Source: Candidatus Sumerlaeaceae bacterium
GTDB taxonomy: Bacteria; Sumerlaeota; Sumerlaeia; Sumerlaeales; Sumerlaeaceae
Assembly (NCBI GenBank): GCA_051003195.1
Contig: JBPCLP010000021.1
Span: 224,001 to 288,000 of the forward strand
Reading direction: 5' to 3'
Length of the DNA: 64,000 bases
Positions within the stretch are counted from its first letter, which is position 1, and every line of letters starts with the position of its first letter. The translations under genes were made by a program, and so were the position numbers. Under the pieces are notes generated by a model. The model saw nothing but the letters and a program-made list of their open reading frames with translations. It ran no database searches and had not been told where the DNA came from. This document shows positions 19,501 through 29,500 of the stretch, piece by piece.

Positions 19501-19752
19501 GGCGCGCTGATAAGTGAAAGGCGATTGCAGCCAAGCTTCACCTTACGAGACGGGGAGCTACTGCGCTTTGAGGGCTGGCCAGCAAGAGCAGACGGTCAGT
19601 TGCGAGCAGAGACTCCCGGTTTAGCTGCTGTGGACGACACAGACACAACCGAAACATTAAGTGAAGATGCAGAGAGTACGTCTGGAAACGTTTTAACGCA
19701 GGATGCTTCTACCACAGACACCGTAACTTCCGAGACAAAATACGGACCGTAA
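16555..19752 (+). CDS. Secreted malectin-domain GH116-like glycoside hydrolase
   Basis: Signal peptide; malectin motif 'LGFAEL...GQRVFDVDIN'; GH116 N-domain 'GFPLGGIGTG' and 'SSLPAAV'; catalytic region 'TLES...GPLDHR' and 'DTSGDHLPD'. Confidence 0.8.
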   Translation: MIPFFRAVFFISTALALLCGAVSAAPAGEAGVEFVGQFNVQNANVRISGAPTEESAALLSGSRTGSDFHVILSALPSDALVEIELGFAELANAQPGQRVFDVDINEKRALSSFDIAATAGGPNQAVIRRFTITPKRGFLDFHFIGSAGEASINYIRVRGRGFTRIVSVPVDTTTPSMQEDPDALPTNLPSLNPETAEVLQDEMSPTWPTGFPLGGIGTGKFEILPNGEFANLTISNSWDLPVGRVPGTFFAIGAKSQSGSGTGKLLRVRPAGVGGSGNYLNAKTFLSCVFKGIFPVAQWVFRDDKMPLEVTLEGWSSLVPQDVGDSSLPAAVLYVHLRNPRSYPVSAGVAFSWEDVNGRGGSRNKGDQFGYAGSAVFSDAATSSIQGVLIRSTASAEGRRGTFIGDYFIGTPVKRAVVTRQLYWDPRSAEIPWWRSFTNRMRLEKVGPVPSSIAPAASGMRTANRGPGAAVICATVNLAPKERRRIPFIVAWYAPKLTTIASANVPATTEQQDYSTTFGSSLGVASYVATNRIRLQAGTSEWQSMVLRSNLPLWLKSHVLNSLSTIVSNSVLLQGRRYSTLESPGEMGGMMGPLDHRLASQPFLTTMYPSLDRSELELYGKAQSESGHLPRYIGNIHGGWTGLDARLLGQDWSDPTAAWVMQAAAHFHARGEREFADTIRPALDKAVAYLEKSDTSGDHLPDTGCFFDNSSPSGADAAYKSMNHSAALRAAAGIYHALEDFASEKRISSAALATNQAATRLLSGYGSASATSSTFAAALAGDWCLRSHGSGAATSDGVATGVLTSLFAKHAQENKPVLPMEVTADNPVTRGIASFPGLLQAYLGAEAILLGAVDLGIEMFARAQEVSTRVQHSPWRQALTATVPEGTKPRLRSHMSSPAAWTVLPALSGAFLDVPTKTLYLDPKVPSSLPDHEITIPVFTSAFWGWLDYNADTSTGTLAVTKVFPAFANFEIARVAQRQDVNGALISERRLQPSFTLRDGELLRFEGWPARADGQLRAETPGLAAVDDTDTTETLSEDAESTSGNVLTQDASTTDTVTSETKYGP

Positions 19753-19774
19753 GCAGTGCGAGGGACGAGTGGGC

Positions 19775-20428
19775 TCAGCGGTCGTTGAGATTCAAACGAG
19801 TTGCGGGTGTGGCAGTTCTTTTGGGGGCCCGAACGCGCACGGCAGGTTCGTCACCGCCTGGTTGCGGTGAAGGTGCTGCCTGAAGATCGTACAAGCTGGT
19901 AATAGGCGTCTTCTTTGCACGTGCGGAATTTTCCGCACGCGGCGCAGGTGCCGGTGTTGGTGTGCGTGTCACCTCGGGACGTGGCGTGGATCTACTTGCC
20001 GCGGCCGTTGGCGTTTCTGGCGCAGGCAGTTCTGCGTCAGGAGCGGTCTCTGGACGAGGCGTCTCATTGCTGGACTTGCGGGTTTCGGTCGATGCGCTGG
20101 CAGGAGCAGGCGATTGCTGTGCGGGAGCTGACTTTTCAACCGGCTCGGCGGCAGGCGTGCCCGTCAATCGTGCGCCGAGGTTGGCTGCGAAATCGCGCAG
20201 GGTTTCTTTTTTCTTCGTTTGAACTACTACGGGCGCAGCAACCTGCACAGGCGCTTCCCGCTCCTTTAATCCCGACTTCCATTTGGTGACTTCCGCTTCC
20301 AGGACGCGGCAACGATGGAAGTAATAATACATCAGCCCGGTCGAGATCAGTAGCAATACGAAGATCAGCAGTGTAAATGTCGCGCCGCCACGGCAGCATC
20401 GCGTTTTAGTGATCAGACCGTCTCGCAT
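19775..20428 (-). CDS. Hypothetical single-pass membrane protein, Pro/Ala/Thr-rich
   Basis: N-terminal TM (FTLLIFVLLLISTGLMYYYF) followed by a low-complexity tail. Confidence 0.6.
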   Translation of the reverse strand: MRDGLITKTRCCRGGATFTLLIFVLLLISTGLMYYYFHRCRVLEAEVTKWKSGLKEREAPVQVAAPVVVQTKKKETLRDFAANLGARLTGTPAAEPVEKSAPAQQSPAPASASTETRKSSNETPRPETAPDAELPAPETPTAAASRSTPRPEVTRTPTPAPAPRAENSARAKKTPITSLYDLQAAPSPQPGGDEPAVRVRAPKRTATPATRLNLNDR

Positions 20429-20521
20429 GTCTTATCAGTTCATGTCATTTTCTATCGGCGAACACCGGTTGTGGCGAAAGCGTAGTGGCGAGACTGGCAG
20501 GAAGGTTTGCGATTGCAAGAG

Positions 20522-21919
20522 TCAGAACGCGCCGCGCCCGAAAATTACAGCAGGAATGGTTTTCAGCAGGATGACAATGTCGAACAGGAGGCTCTGGTTT
20601 TTGATGTAGTAGAAGTCATATTCCATGTTCATGGAAAGTGGCAGGTTTTTTCTACCTACGATTTGCCATAATCCAGTAATGCCGGGCTTCACGTCAAGCC
20701 GGCGCTTTTGCCACTCCTCGTATTTTTCCACGAGAAACGGCATTTCAGGGCGCGGGCCTACCATGCTCATGTCACCAGATATGACATTGTAAAGCTGGGG
20801 AAACTCATCGATACTGGTGCGGCGCAGAAACCTTCCGAAGCGTGTAATGCGAGGGTCTTCGGGATCGGTGGGCGCCTTGCTGTAAGGTTCGACATCGGTT
20901 CGCATGGTGCGGAATTTAAACAGGCGAAAGCGTCGCCCGGAACGACCCACGCGCTCTTGCGTAAAGATTGCGGGTCCACGCGAATCCAGCCGGATAATTA
21001 AAGCGATGAGAAGCATGAAAGTCCCGGCGAGCAGCAACAGCCCGCATGCCACCACGAGATCAAGCGCTCGCTTCAAAGCCGCCTGGAGCGGCGTCAGCCT
21101 GGTGTTTTTGAGGTGCACGACGGGCACCTCGTCTATGATGTCGATCCGCACCTGGGAGGTAATGACTTCGAACAGGTTCGACACCAGGTTGAACTGAACG
21201 CCGTGGTGCTCGCATGCCGACACAAGGTTCAGCACCTCGGTTTGAGGCATCCGGGGAACCGCGAGGAAAACCTCGTCGACCTGATTTGACAGTAAAATGG
21301 ATTCCAGTTCCGCCGCCGAACCCAGAACCGGGTGCTCGAGGATTTTCGCAAGCGGTGTCCGGCGCTTTCGTGGATCCACAAAACCTACAAACCGGTAGCC
21401 GCCTTCAGGATGGTGAACAATTCGGCTCATGACACGTCGTGCGGTACGTCCGATCCCGACTACCAGTACATTGGTGACGCCGATTCCGCGGCGAATTTTT
21501 GCCTGTTTCCAGGCTCGCAGGGCGGTGCGCGATGCATAAAGCCAGATAAAAAAAAGCGCGGCCGACAGGCCAATAATGAAGCGGCCAATGTCCCACTGCT
21601 TGAAAACATAAGCAATCGCGAGCGAGCCGACCAGTCCTGCGAAAAAGGTTTTCACCAGGCCGGATGCCTGGTTTAAACCCGTCACTTTTCCGCGATGAGT
21701 GTAAAGCCCATAGTACCAGCAGCACGTGCACCAGAAGGGAAGATAAACAGGGAGCGCGAGAAAGTAACTCCGGATCGGATTGATTGGAACGCGCACAATT
21801 CCACGATCGGCAAGGTAGTCGCGCAGCCAGTAGCTGCCGAGCCAGATGCCTGTAAAAACCAGCGCGTCGACAGCGACGAGGATGACTGTAAGTTGCCGAC
21901 TCTTCAGCAACTGATTCAT
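20522..21919 (-). CDS. Undecaprenyl-phosphate sugar phosphotransferase (WcaJ/WbaP-like)
   Basis: N-terminal TMs, CoA-binding-like domain, 'KFRTM', 'SIDEFPQLYNV', 'GDMSMVGPRPE', 'KPGITGLWQ'. Confidence 0.93.
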   Translation of the reverse strand: MNQLLKSRQLTVILVAVDALVFTGIWLGSYWLRDYLADRGIVRVPINPIRSYFLALPVYLPFWCTCCWYYGLYTHRGKVTGLNQASGLVKTFFAGLVGSLAIAYVFKQWDIGRFIIGLSAALFFIWLYASRTALRAWKQAKIRRGIGVTNVLVVGIGRTARRVMSRIVHHPEGGYRFVGFVDPRKRRTPLAKILEHPVLGSAAELESILLSNQVDEVFLAVPRMPQTEVLNLVSACEHHGVQFNLVSNLFEVITSQVRIDIIDEVPVVHLKNTRLTPLQAALKRALDLVVACGLLLLAGTFMLLIALIIRLDSRGPAIFTQERVGRSGRRFRLFKFRTMRTDVEPYSKAPTDPEDPRITRFGRFLRRTSIDEFPQLYNVISGDMSMVGPRPEMPFLVEKYEEWQKRRLDVKPGITGLWQIVGRKNLPLSMNMEYDFYYIKNQSLLFDIVILLKTIPAVIFGRGAF

Positions 21920-22174
21920 ATTTGTGATCTCAGGACTATAGCAGCTCTCCGTGGCGTGCGACACTGGTGAACTGCAATGTCTGCCACATATCAAAGCATT
22001 TTATGAATCTAAAATGGGGCAGTGGGGCAAGATTCCAACTCCCAATTAACACCTGTCGCTGCAACATTTAAGGTAGTTGCGGAGCCCGTAATTCAACCTG
22101 TTATCTGCTTGACCCATCTGCCTCGGCCCTTTTCGCTGCATTTCGAGAATTCACGCTAATCTGGGAGCCACGAT

Positions 22175-25129
22175 TTGAAAGCTGGAAGCTTGAGGACATT
22201 GACCGCATTTGCAGTAAGCTGCGGCATCGTCGCTGCCCATGCGCAACATATGGATAATGCGCCGTCCGCGGCGATGCCTGTATCAGCTCCTGCTCTCGCA
22301 AATCCAGCGGGACTTCCGGCGACGGCAGCGCCCGCCATTCCAACGCCATCGGATGCTGCAACGGTCGCGAGCACGACAGCATCTCTGCCTCCACCGGCAA
22401 TGTTGCCCGGCTCCACCATTGTGGCGCTCAGCCCGCCCGCAGGCGCGGGAACCAACCTGAGCCGCAGCGATTTTGTTCGAGCGATATGGGTCGACGCGCA
22501 GAAGCCTGCACTGCGGACGCCCGAAGGTATCAAGAAGCTGGTAGCAGATTGTCGTGATGCCGGATTCGACACAATTTATGCCCAGGTACGTGCAAATGGT
22601 GATGCGCTGTATGCGACAACATTGGCGCCGACTGCGGTCGGGCTTGCGCCAGGCTACGATGGGCTTAAGCTTTTACTCGAAGAAGCCAAAGCCGGAAGCA
22701 AGCCTTTGCATGTTCACGCGCTTCTGGTTGTTTATCGAGTCTGGTCCTCCTCCGCAGATGCATCCGCAGAACACGTAACCAAACAACATCCGGAATGGCT
22801 CACGGTAGCCGAAGATGGTTCGAAAGCGTTGGAAAATGGGGAGAGCTGGCTGGATCCCGGCGTAACTGCCGTGCAGGATCACCTCGCGTTGATCGCCACA
22901 GACCTTGTTAAGAATTATGCCGTCGAAGGAATTCAGCTCGATCGAATACGGTATCCCGAGCTGGACCCAAAGACCAATCCCAACGCAAAGCTTCTAACAG
23001 GTTACAGCCAGGCGGCCGTTGACCGGTACAACCAGGAGAAGGGTAAAACCGGAAAACCTAAACCCACCGATGCGGACTGGGTTGCGTGGCGGCGAGACCA
23101 GGTCACCGAAACAGTTCGCAAGATTCGAGAAGCTGTTCGCGCTGTGCGGCCCAACGTGCAGATTTCTGCCGGTGCTATTACTTTCGGGGCCCCTCCGCAC
23201 TCACGCGAGGAATATGTGAGTCAGAGCGCTCCATATACTTCAGTGCTCGAGGACTGGGTTGGCTGGGGTGAGAAGGGCCTTGTCGACACGAACGTACTTA
23301 TGAATTTCAAGGCGGTTGACCGAGGGCTCCAGGCGGACTTTGAAGCGTGGCAGGATTTCGCACTCGCCAACAAAGGCAAAGCGAAAATGGTCATCGGTAT
23401 CGGTGGCTTTCTGAACGATCCGCGCTACACGGCCGCACAAATGCTGCTGCCCGTTTTTCAACCCAAAGCCGATGGCGTGGCGCTGTACAGCTACAACGAT
23501 ACCTATCGTGACACCCCGTACGATCGCGATCTCTCTTTTGTGCGCCCGGTGCTTGAAGCAACAGCGCTCAATTTAAAATCCGCTGACGTTGCAGCGGCGG
23601 TTGCCAAACCGCTGGAGAAGAGTACTCCTCTTCAGGAGCAACTTGCGAAGCTCGATGCTTCTGCCGCAGCGGCGGGGATAAATGCACCGGTTACTCAGAC
23701 CGTTGCAGCCGCCGCGCCGGCTGCTGCTGTTATCGCCGCGCCCGTGTCGCCGTTGCCCGGAAGCAGTGCTTCCACCGTCGCATCGTTGCCGCAACTTGGT
23801 GCGTCGAGTTCGGCGCCCATACCGAACATGCCTGCACTTGGCGCGGCGAGCTCTAATCTGCCACCGTCAGGAGCTTCCAATGCGATGCCATCGTTGCCGG
23901 GAACTGCGGGGTCTACGGCGAGCACAGGTGCAGGCGGACTGCCCAGCTTGAGTGCGGCGATCGCTGGTAGCACACCGGGACCCGGCAGTATGCCAACATT
24001 ACCGGGAGCTTCCGCGGCGGCTGCGCCCGGGATGCCGTCACTGCCAGGACCTTTGACAGGAACGATGCCTTCGCTATCGACCGCCGCTGCCGGACCGGGT
24101 GCGGTCAACTCCATGCCTGCACTGCCCGGCGGAACTACGGCTCGCAGTAGCCTGCCTGCGTTGCCTGGTAATAGCACAACTGCGGCATTGCCGCCGCTGA
24201 CGGACGTTGTGCCGGGTGCTTCGGCAAACAGCCCGATCCCGCCTTTAAGCAGTATTACTTCGGCGGGTACGCCAAATCCGTTTGCGCCATCTGGCGATAC
24301 TAGCATCGCATCTGTGCCGTCGCTGCCTTCCCTTAGTGCGCCAGCATTGCCGAGCACCGGCGTCAGCGGTTCTGTCGCAATTCTCGGCATGACACCGGAA
24401 TCGCAAAAGGTGATCCCTGAATCACCCATTGCGCCGCTTAGTACATTGGGTACACCTGCGCCGGGGGTACACGTTGAAGTTCCCTCGTTTGCTGCGACCT
24501 CGGTATCGCCTTTCGGAAATGTTTCAGTAACAGTTGAACCGCCTGTTGGCACACCGATTATGTCCCTTGCTCCCATTCCGGGCGGCGCCCCGACGACGAC
24601 TTTAAGTGTGCCCGGCACGTCGGCAAATACCAGCGTAAATATTCCAAGCCTTGGTGGATCCACCAACTTTGACGGCAAGGCAATTGGGGCAGCCGCACCG
24701 GCCTCTCCGCTGATTACTCCGCCGACCATCCTGACCCCGGCGCCTGGGTACAATAACGAGGGGCAGCCGATCAATGTCGGAAAGCAAACGGTGCTGGATG
24801 CGCCTCAGGTTCAGCGGATGGATTTCTCAGAACGGCAGTCGGCCTATGGCACGCCAAATCCCGCAAATGAGATCAGGAACTTCACGACCGCTAACATTCG
24901 CAAGGAACGCCAGGATCTTATCGCAATGCCGCCCTCACCTGCGCCTCTTGAGGTTGTCGTTCTAAAGAGCGGGAAAGAATTCGCAGGTCGTGTTTTGCAG
25001 CGCGGCACGGTCTGGCGAATACAACTTCCTAACGGCAGCATCATGAACCTTCCAGGCGAGAAGATCGCCAGTACCCGTTCTACAGAATCTGCTCCACAGA
25101 ATGTGAACAGTACGCCTGTGCCTCTATAA
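22175..25129 (+). CDS. Secreted GHL10 (DUF187) glycoside hydrolase-like protein with long Pro/Ser/Ala-rich repeat tail
   Basis: 'RAIWV', 'QVRANGDALY', 'WLDPG', 'GIQLDRIRYP', 'WRRDQVT'; about 400 aa of low-complexity sequence; small C-terminal beta domain. Confidence 0.85.
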   Translation: MKAGSLRTLTAFAVSCGIVAAHAQHMDNAPSAAMPVSAPALANPAGLPATAAPAIPTPSDAATVASTTASLPPPAMLPGSTIVALSPPAGAGTNLSRSDFVRAIWVDAQKPALRTPEGIKKLVADCRDAGFDTIYAQVRANGDALYATTLAPTAVGLAPGYDGLKLLLEEAKAGSKPLHVHALLVVYRVWSSSADASAEHVTKQHPEWLTVAEDGSKALENGESWLDPGVTAVQDHLALIATDLVKNYAVEGIQLDRIRYPELDPKTNPNAKLLTGYSQAAVDRYNQEKGKTGKPKPTDADWVAWRRDQVTETVRKIREAVRAVRPNVQISAGAITFGAPPHSREEYVSQSAPYTSVLEDWVGWGEKGLVDTNVLMNFKAVDRGLQADFEAWQDFALANKGKAKMVIGIGGFLNDPRYTAAQMLLPVFQPKADGVALYSYNDTYRDTPYDRDLSFVRPVLEATALNLKSADVAAAVAKPLEKSTPLQEQLAKLDASAAAAGINAPVTQTVAAAAPAAAVIAAPVSPLPGSSASTVASLPQLGASSSAPIPNMPALGAASSNLPPSGASNAMPSLPGTAGSTASTGAGGLPSLSAAIAGSTPGPGSMPTLPGASAAAAPGMPSLPGPLTGTMPSLSTAAAGPGAVNSMPALPGGTTARSSLPALPGNSTTAALPPLTDVVPGASANSPIPPLSSITSAGTPNPFAPSGDTSIASVPSLPSLSAPALPSTGVSGSVAILGMTPESQKVIPESPIAPLSTLGTPAPGVHVEVPSFAATSVSPFGNVSVTVEPPVGTPIMSLAPIPGGAPTTTLSVPGTSANTSVNIPSLGGSTNFDGKAIGAAAPASPLITPPTILTPAPGYNNEGQPINVGKQTVLDAPQVQRMDFSERQSAYGTPNPANEIRNFTTANIRKERQDLIAMPPSPAPLEVVVLKSGKEFAGRVLQRGTVWRIQLPNGSIMNLPGEKIASTRSTESAPQNVNSTPVPL

Positions 25130-25228
25130 TCAGGCTGTCCCGATAGCATCAACCGTTGCTATTGACACACCTGCCGGTCGGCCCGGAACCTGACTGTTTA
25201 ATTCTGACGGAGTCGCCCGGTACCTGAA

Positions 25229-26554
25229 GTGAGTATTTTACAGCGATATGTACTGCGTGAGCTGTTGGGCCCGTTATCGATGGGTCTGATCGTATTCACC
25301 TTTGTCGTGCTGATTGGACGGGTGTTCAGGTTGACCGACATTCTGCTCAACAGCAATATCCCCGGCAGCCTTGCGGGAGAACTGATCCTGCTGCTGATGC
25401 CCGGCATTTTATCGTGGACGATACCGATGGCGGTTCTCGTGGCGATTCTGCTGGCGGTGGGTCGGCTGGCGGCGGATCGGGAAATCCTCGCGATCCGTAC
25501 CTCAGGGGTAAATCTTTTCCATATCTGTATCCCCATCCTGCTGTTGGCGAGTGCGCTCACGGCTTTGATGATGCTGGCGAACCAGCGACTCATTCCTTAT
25601 CTGCATCAGCGAACCGCCGATGTCGGCATGCAGCTGGAGTTTCATGTCTTATCTGCGCTTGCGCCTGGAATAGTACAGGAGCTTCCGAGTGAGGGCAAGG
25701 GCAGCGATACGAGGTTCTTTTATGACCAGAAGAAGGCGGACGGCAGTGGCGAAATGAGGGGCGTCATGATGTACATGGAACTCCCATCAGAGGAGGTTCA
25801 GGCCCGGACGAAGGCTTCCTCAGGGGCTGGCGGTATAACGGACACAAAGAAGACTGCGAGACAGAACAACAACAAGGCGAGTGGCAAAGAGGCCACGGCG
25901 CAAACTCAAGCGACCGCGAAGTCCGCTGATGAGCGACCAAAGAAGCAGCTCCCAAGACGTGAGAGGGAGCGTCGCAAGCTGCTGCAAAAAGAATATAGCG
26001 ATATGAACGAGGCACTGGTGGTGGCGCAGTCGGCTCGTATCGTGCCGGATATCAGCCAACGCGTGCTGAACTTCGAACTAACCTCCGGTTCGATCCATTT
26101 TTCGAACGCTGGCAAGCCCGGCGCTTACGACCTGGTGCGTTTTGACACTATGAGGAAGGGCTACGTCCCTGTTTTCGCACGTACGGAAGAGGGCTACTAC
26201 ATAAAGAAGACCAACGAAATGAGCAGTGCGGAGCTGATGCAGTCGCGCAGAGAGGCCGGAAACAAGCGCGGCGCACGCTTTATGGTGGAACTTCTGCAGC
26301 GCTACTCCGTACCACTGGCGTGCATAGCTTTTGCGCTTATTGCCATCCCACTGGCCGTGTATGTGCGACCGACCGGCAAAGCGATTGCATTTGCCATGTC
26401 CTTTTTGCTTATATTGGTCTATTACGGCCTCCTGCAATATGGCATTGCCCTTGGTAAAAATGGAAGCACACTTGGCGCAGTTGCTATTTTTTTGCCGAAT
26501 GTACTGTTGATGAGCGTTGGCTCGATCCTGCTCTACCGGATGGTATTAAAGTGA
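25229..26554 (+). CDS. LptF/LptG family LPS export permease (LptF-like)
   Basis: 'ILQRYVLREL', 'GRLAADREILAIRTSGV', 'PLACIAFALIAIPLA'; 3+3 TM topology. Confidence 0.92.
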   Translation: MSILQRYVLRELLGPLSMGLIVFTFVVLIGRVFRLTDILLNSNIPGSLAGELILLLMPGILSWTIPMAVLVAILLAVGRLAADREILAIRTSGVNLFHICIPILLLASALTALMMLANQRLIPYLHQRTADVGMQLEFHVLSALAPGIVQELPSEGKGSDTRFFYDQKKADGSGEMRGVMMYMELPSEEVQARTKASSGAGGITDTKKTARQNNNKASGKEATAQTQATAKSADERPKKQLPRRERERRKLLQKEYSDMNEALVVAQSARIVPDISQRVLNFELTSGSIHFSNAGKPGAYDLVRFDTMRKGYVPVFARTEEGYYIKKTNEMSSAELMQSRREAGNKRGARFMVELLQRYSVPLACIAFALIAIPLAVYVRPTGKAIAFAMSFLLILVYYGLLQYGIALGKNGSTLGAVAIFLPNVLLMSVGSILLYRMVLK

Positions 26555-26585
26555 GACGGCTCGCCGCCGCAAAAGAACTGTTCCG

Positions 26586-29500
26586 TTGAGCCTGCAACTG
26601 CCACGCTGGGTTGCGGGTACAGTCTGGATTGGACTGGTATGCGGTGTCTCCATCTGGATGCACGGGCAGACAAATCGTCCGTTAGCCTCTACGCCCGCTA
26701 CTGCCAGGGCTGGAGTTGCGCGTCTATCCCCACCAGCGCATCCGCAAAACGGAAGCTATCCACAATTGCAGCAAGCCCCTGCAACTGCATCTCCGGCAGT
26801 CGCTGAGACGGAGGCGAACGTTCCTGGCGGCTCCAGGGCAATCGAAACCGGAGCCGCGGATATCAATGTCGAGGCTGCCGCCGAGCGAGCAGAGCTCCCG
26901 GCAGCCGCTCTGCTGAAGGACGTGCAATCAGTCAGCCGTTTGAGCGAACGCGACTGGGATCCCGCGGAGTTTGAGCAGCTTGCCGCGCCGTCGTACGAAA
27001 CCACGGATGTGCTTTCGCAGCTTGCGGTCGGTTCGGTGGTCGTACCGCCCCAGATTCTAAGTGTCGAGGAACTGCTGGCAGCCAATCGTCCGGTTGAACC
27101 CATCGGATATGGGGCGCCTGCGATGGGCACCGGCGTGCCGTTTCGAATTGGCACGGGCACGGCTGGGGCCGACCCTGCTGCACCAGGCCCCCTGGCGGCC
27201 GGCAAGGTCGAGATCGAATCAACCGATTACCTGGATTACGACGAAGAGCACAATCACATCTACGGACAGGGGCGTATCGTAGTTCGCTTCGGGGCCTATA
27301 AGCTCGAAGCAGATCGCATCCTGATAGATACCCGAATCCAGGAAGTACAGGCATACGGGCACGTTATCCTGAGTAGCCCTACGGAGTACATGGAGGCCGA
27401 GTCGCTATGGTTTGATGGACTCCACAGTCGCGGCGTAGCATATAATGCGCGCGGTCATACCGGCAACTTCTTTGTACTGGCAGGAGATCCGCACGAGGCC
27501 GATGGTACGACAATTCGCCAGGTGAGCGAGGCAGAAACTGTCATGAAGGACTCCTGCTTTACGATGTGCGATTTTCCGGTGCCACATTATCGGATTCGTG
27601 CGAAGGAGTTCACGATCATTAATAACGAGCGGATTTTCGCCAGCAATGTTGTGCTGTACGTGCTGGAGTGCCCTGTGCTGTGGCTGCCCTATTTCACGCG
27701 TGCCATGAATGATGAGAATCCCTTTGGCATCAGCGGGGGTATCGATTCGCAATTAGGATTCTTCGTCCGGCTGCACTACGATTACCGACACAGCTGTTTT
27801 ACGCCAAGCGACGTTGATGATCGGCTGATGATACGAGCATCAAGCGGACACGCGCGCCTGCGGCTGGATTTTATGTCCAAGCGCGGATTTGGCGAAGGCA
27901 TAAACTACAACTACAACCTCGATTACGGACGCCATTTTGGGCGGCTTGATGCGTATCACATAGCGGACAGCCAACGCAATGTCGATGGCGAAACCGGAAC
28001 GGAACGCAATTACCTGGATTGGTATCACCGGAGCCGAATCACCGATGAACTCGACTACATGATAGACGTGAACTATGCCAGCGATCCGGATATTTATTAC
28101 GACATCCTGGATCGGCTACGTGGATCGGGAGAGCCCCGCCAGGGCCGGTTCCCGGAACGGAGTCTACAAACCGGGTTGGAGTGGACGTGTGACGACTTCT
28201 TTGCCGGGATCCAGATAGAATTAAAAGACCGCATCGGACGAAACCGGGTCTCGAATTTTGGAGAGTTCCGCGATGGAGATTTCGACTTTGACCGCAGTTA
28301 CAATAACGAAGGATTCTTCACGCTGACCGCTCCCGGTGTGGGACCGGACGGGAATTTTTATCCAAACGCGGGGATCTACACAGATCCTTCTACTTTGCAG
28401 GAAGACATCGACGCGGGTGTGGCTTCAAGCCGCTATGGGCGGGTCAGCGAGAGGCTGCCACAGCTGACGGTTTCTTCCAACCGGATGCGCTTATGGTGCC
28501 TGCCATTGTGGTACCACGTAGACCTGAACGTTTTCAACAACCTGGACAAAGGGTTGAACATCGTAAGTACGCGAGACGACAGTTTTGTGCAGGGCTTCGA
28601 CCTGTATCAATCCATCTCCCACCTCGCCAAATTCTGTGAGCGGTACACGCTGCTGACCAAGGCAGGGCTGGGTATGGGTGTCGCCCAGCGCGACGACGAT
28701 TCGTACAATCTCGACTTTCCTGCAGGCGCAACTTTCCCGTTCATTTACAACGGTCAGAGAATCAACGGACAGCCGCTCGGCCTGACATTTGTCGACAAGG
28801 ACACATTCCTCGTGGGTGAACGGCAAATGAGCCTTTCGGATGTGGATCCAGCATTTGTCTACGGGGACCTCGACAGCAGGTTCAATGCGAGAATATCTGA
28901 GTGCCTGAGTGCTTTCATCAGGTATCGCTTCAGGGAAGGGACCGATAATAACCTGGGGACCTTCTACGAATCGATGGGTGCGCGTAAAAGCATGGATGAC
29001 TTGTATGCGTTTCGCACACCGGAGCATTGGATTGAAAGTGGTCTTTCCTACCAGTTAGATAATCCGCGCTTAAGTGCCAATATGACCTTCGGCCAGAACT
29101 TGCAGACGGAAGGCGATGTTACCCCGAACGAGCTACTCGGTTACAGCAACCTGTCGCTCACCTATACCAATTTGTGCAACACCCTGGTGTTAAATGGAGG
29201 TGTCGGCTTCCAGGAACGACAGATGCGCGATCCTACTGATCCCAACGCTTTCGTCCAGAACGCTGCCACGTACTATGTGAGCGGCTCGTATTTGCCAATT
29301 CACCAGAGATGGTGGACCCGCATGTCAGCCTTCTTCATCGATAACAACGACATCGATCCGCTTGGTTTAAGCGCGAGCGGCACCCGGGATCTGGATACGC
29401 GCGACGAAGCCATCCTGGATTACGCGCTCGGTCGCAAGATTGGGCCTAAATACCTTGTGGAATTCCGAAGTGTAATGCGAACGCGCACGACGGAGAATGA

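Noticed and set aside
23695..24774. 359-aa Gly/Ala-rich antisense ORF
   Set aside because: Mirror of the Pro/Ser/Ala low-complexity tail on the plus strand.
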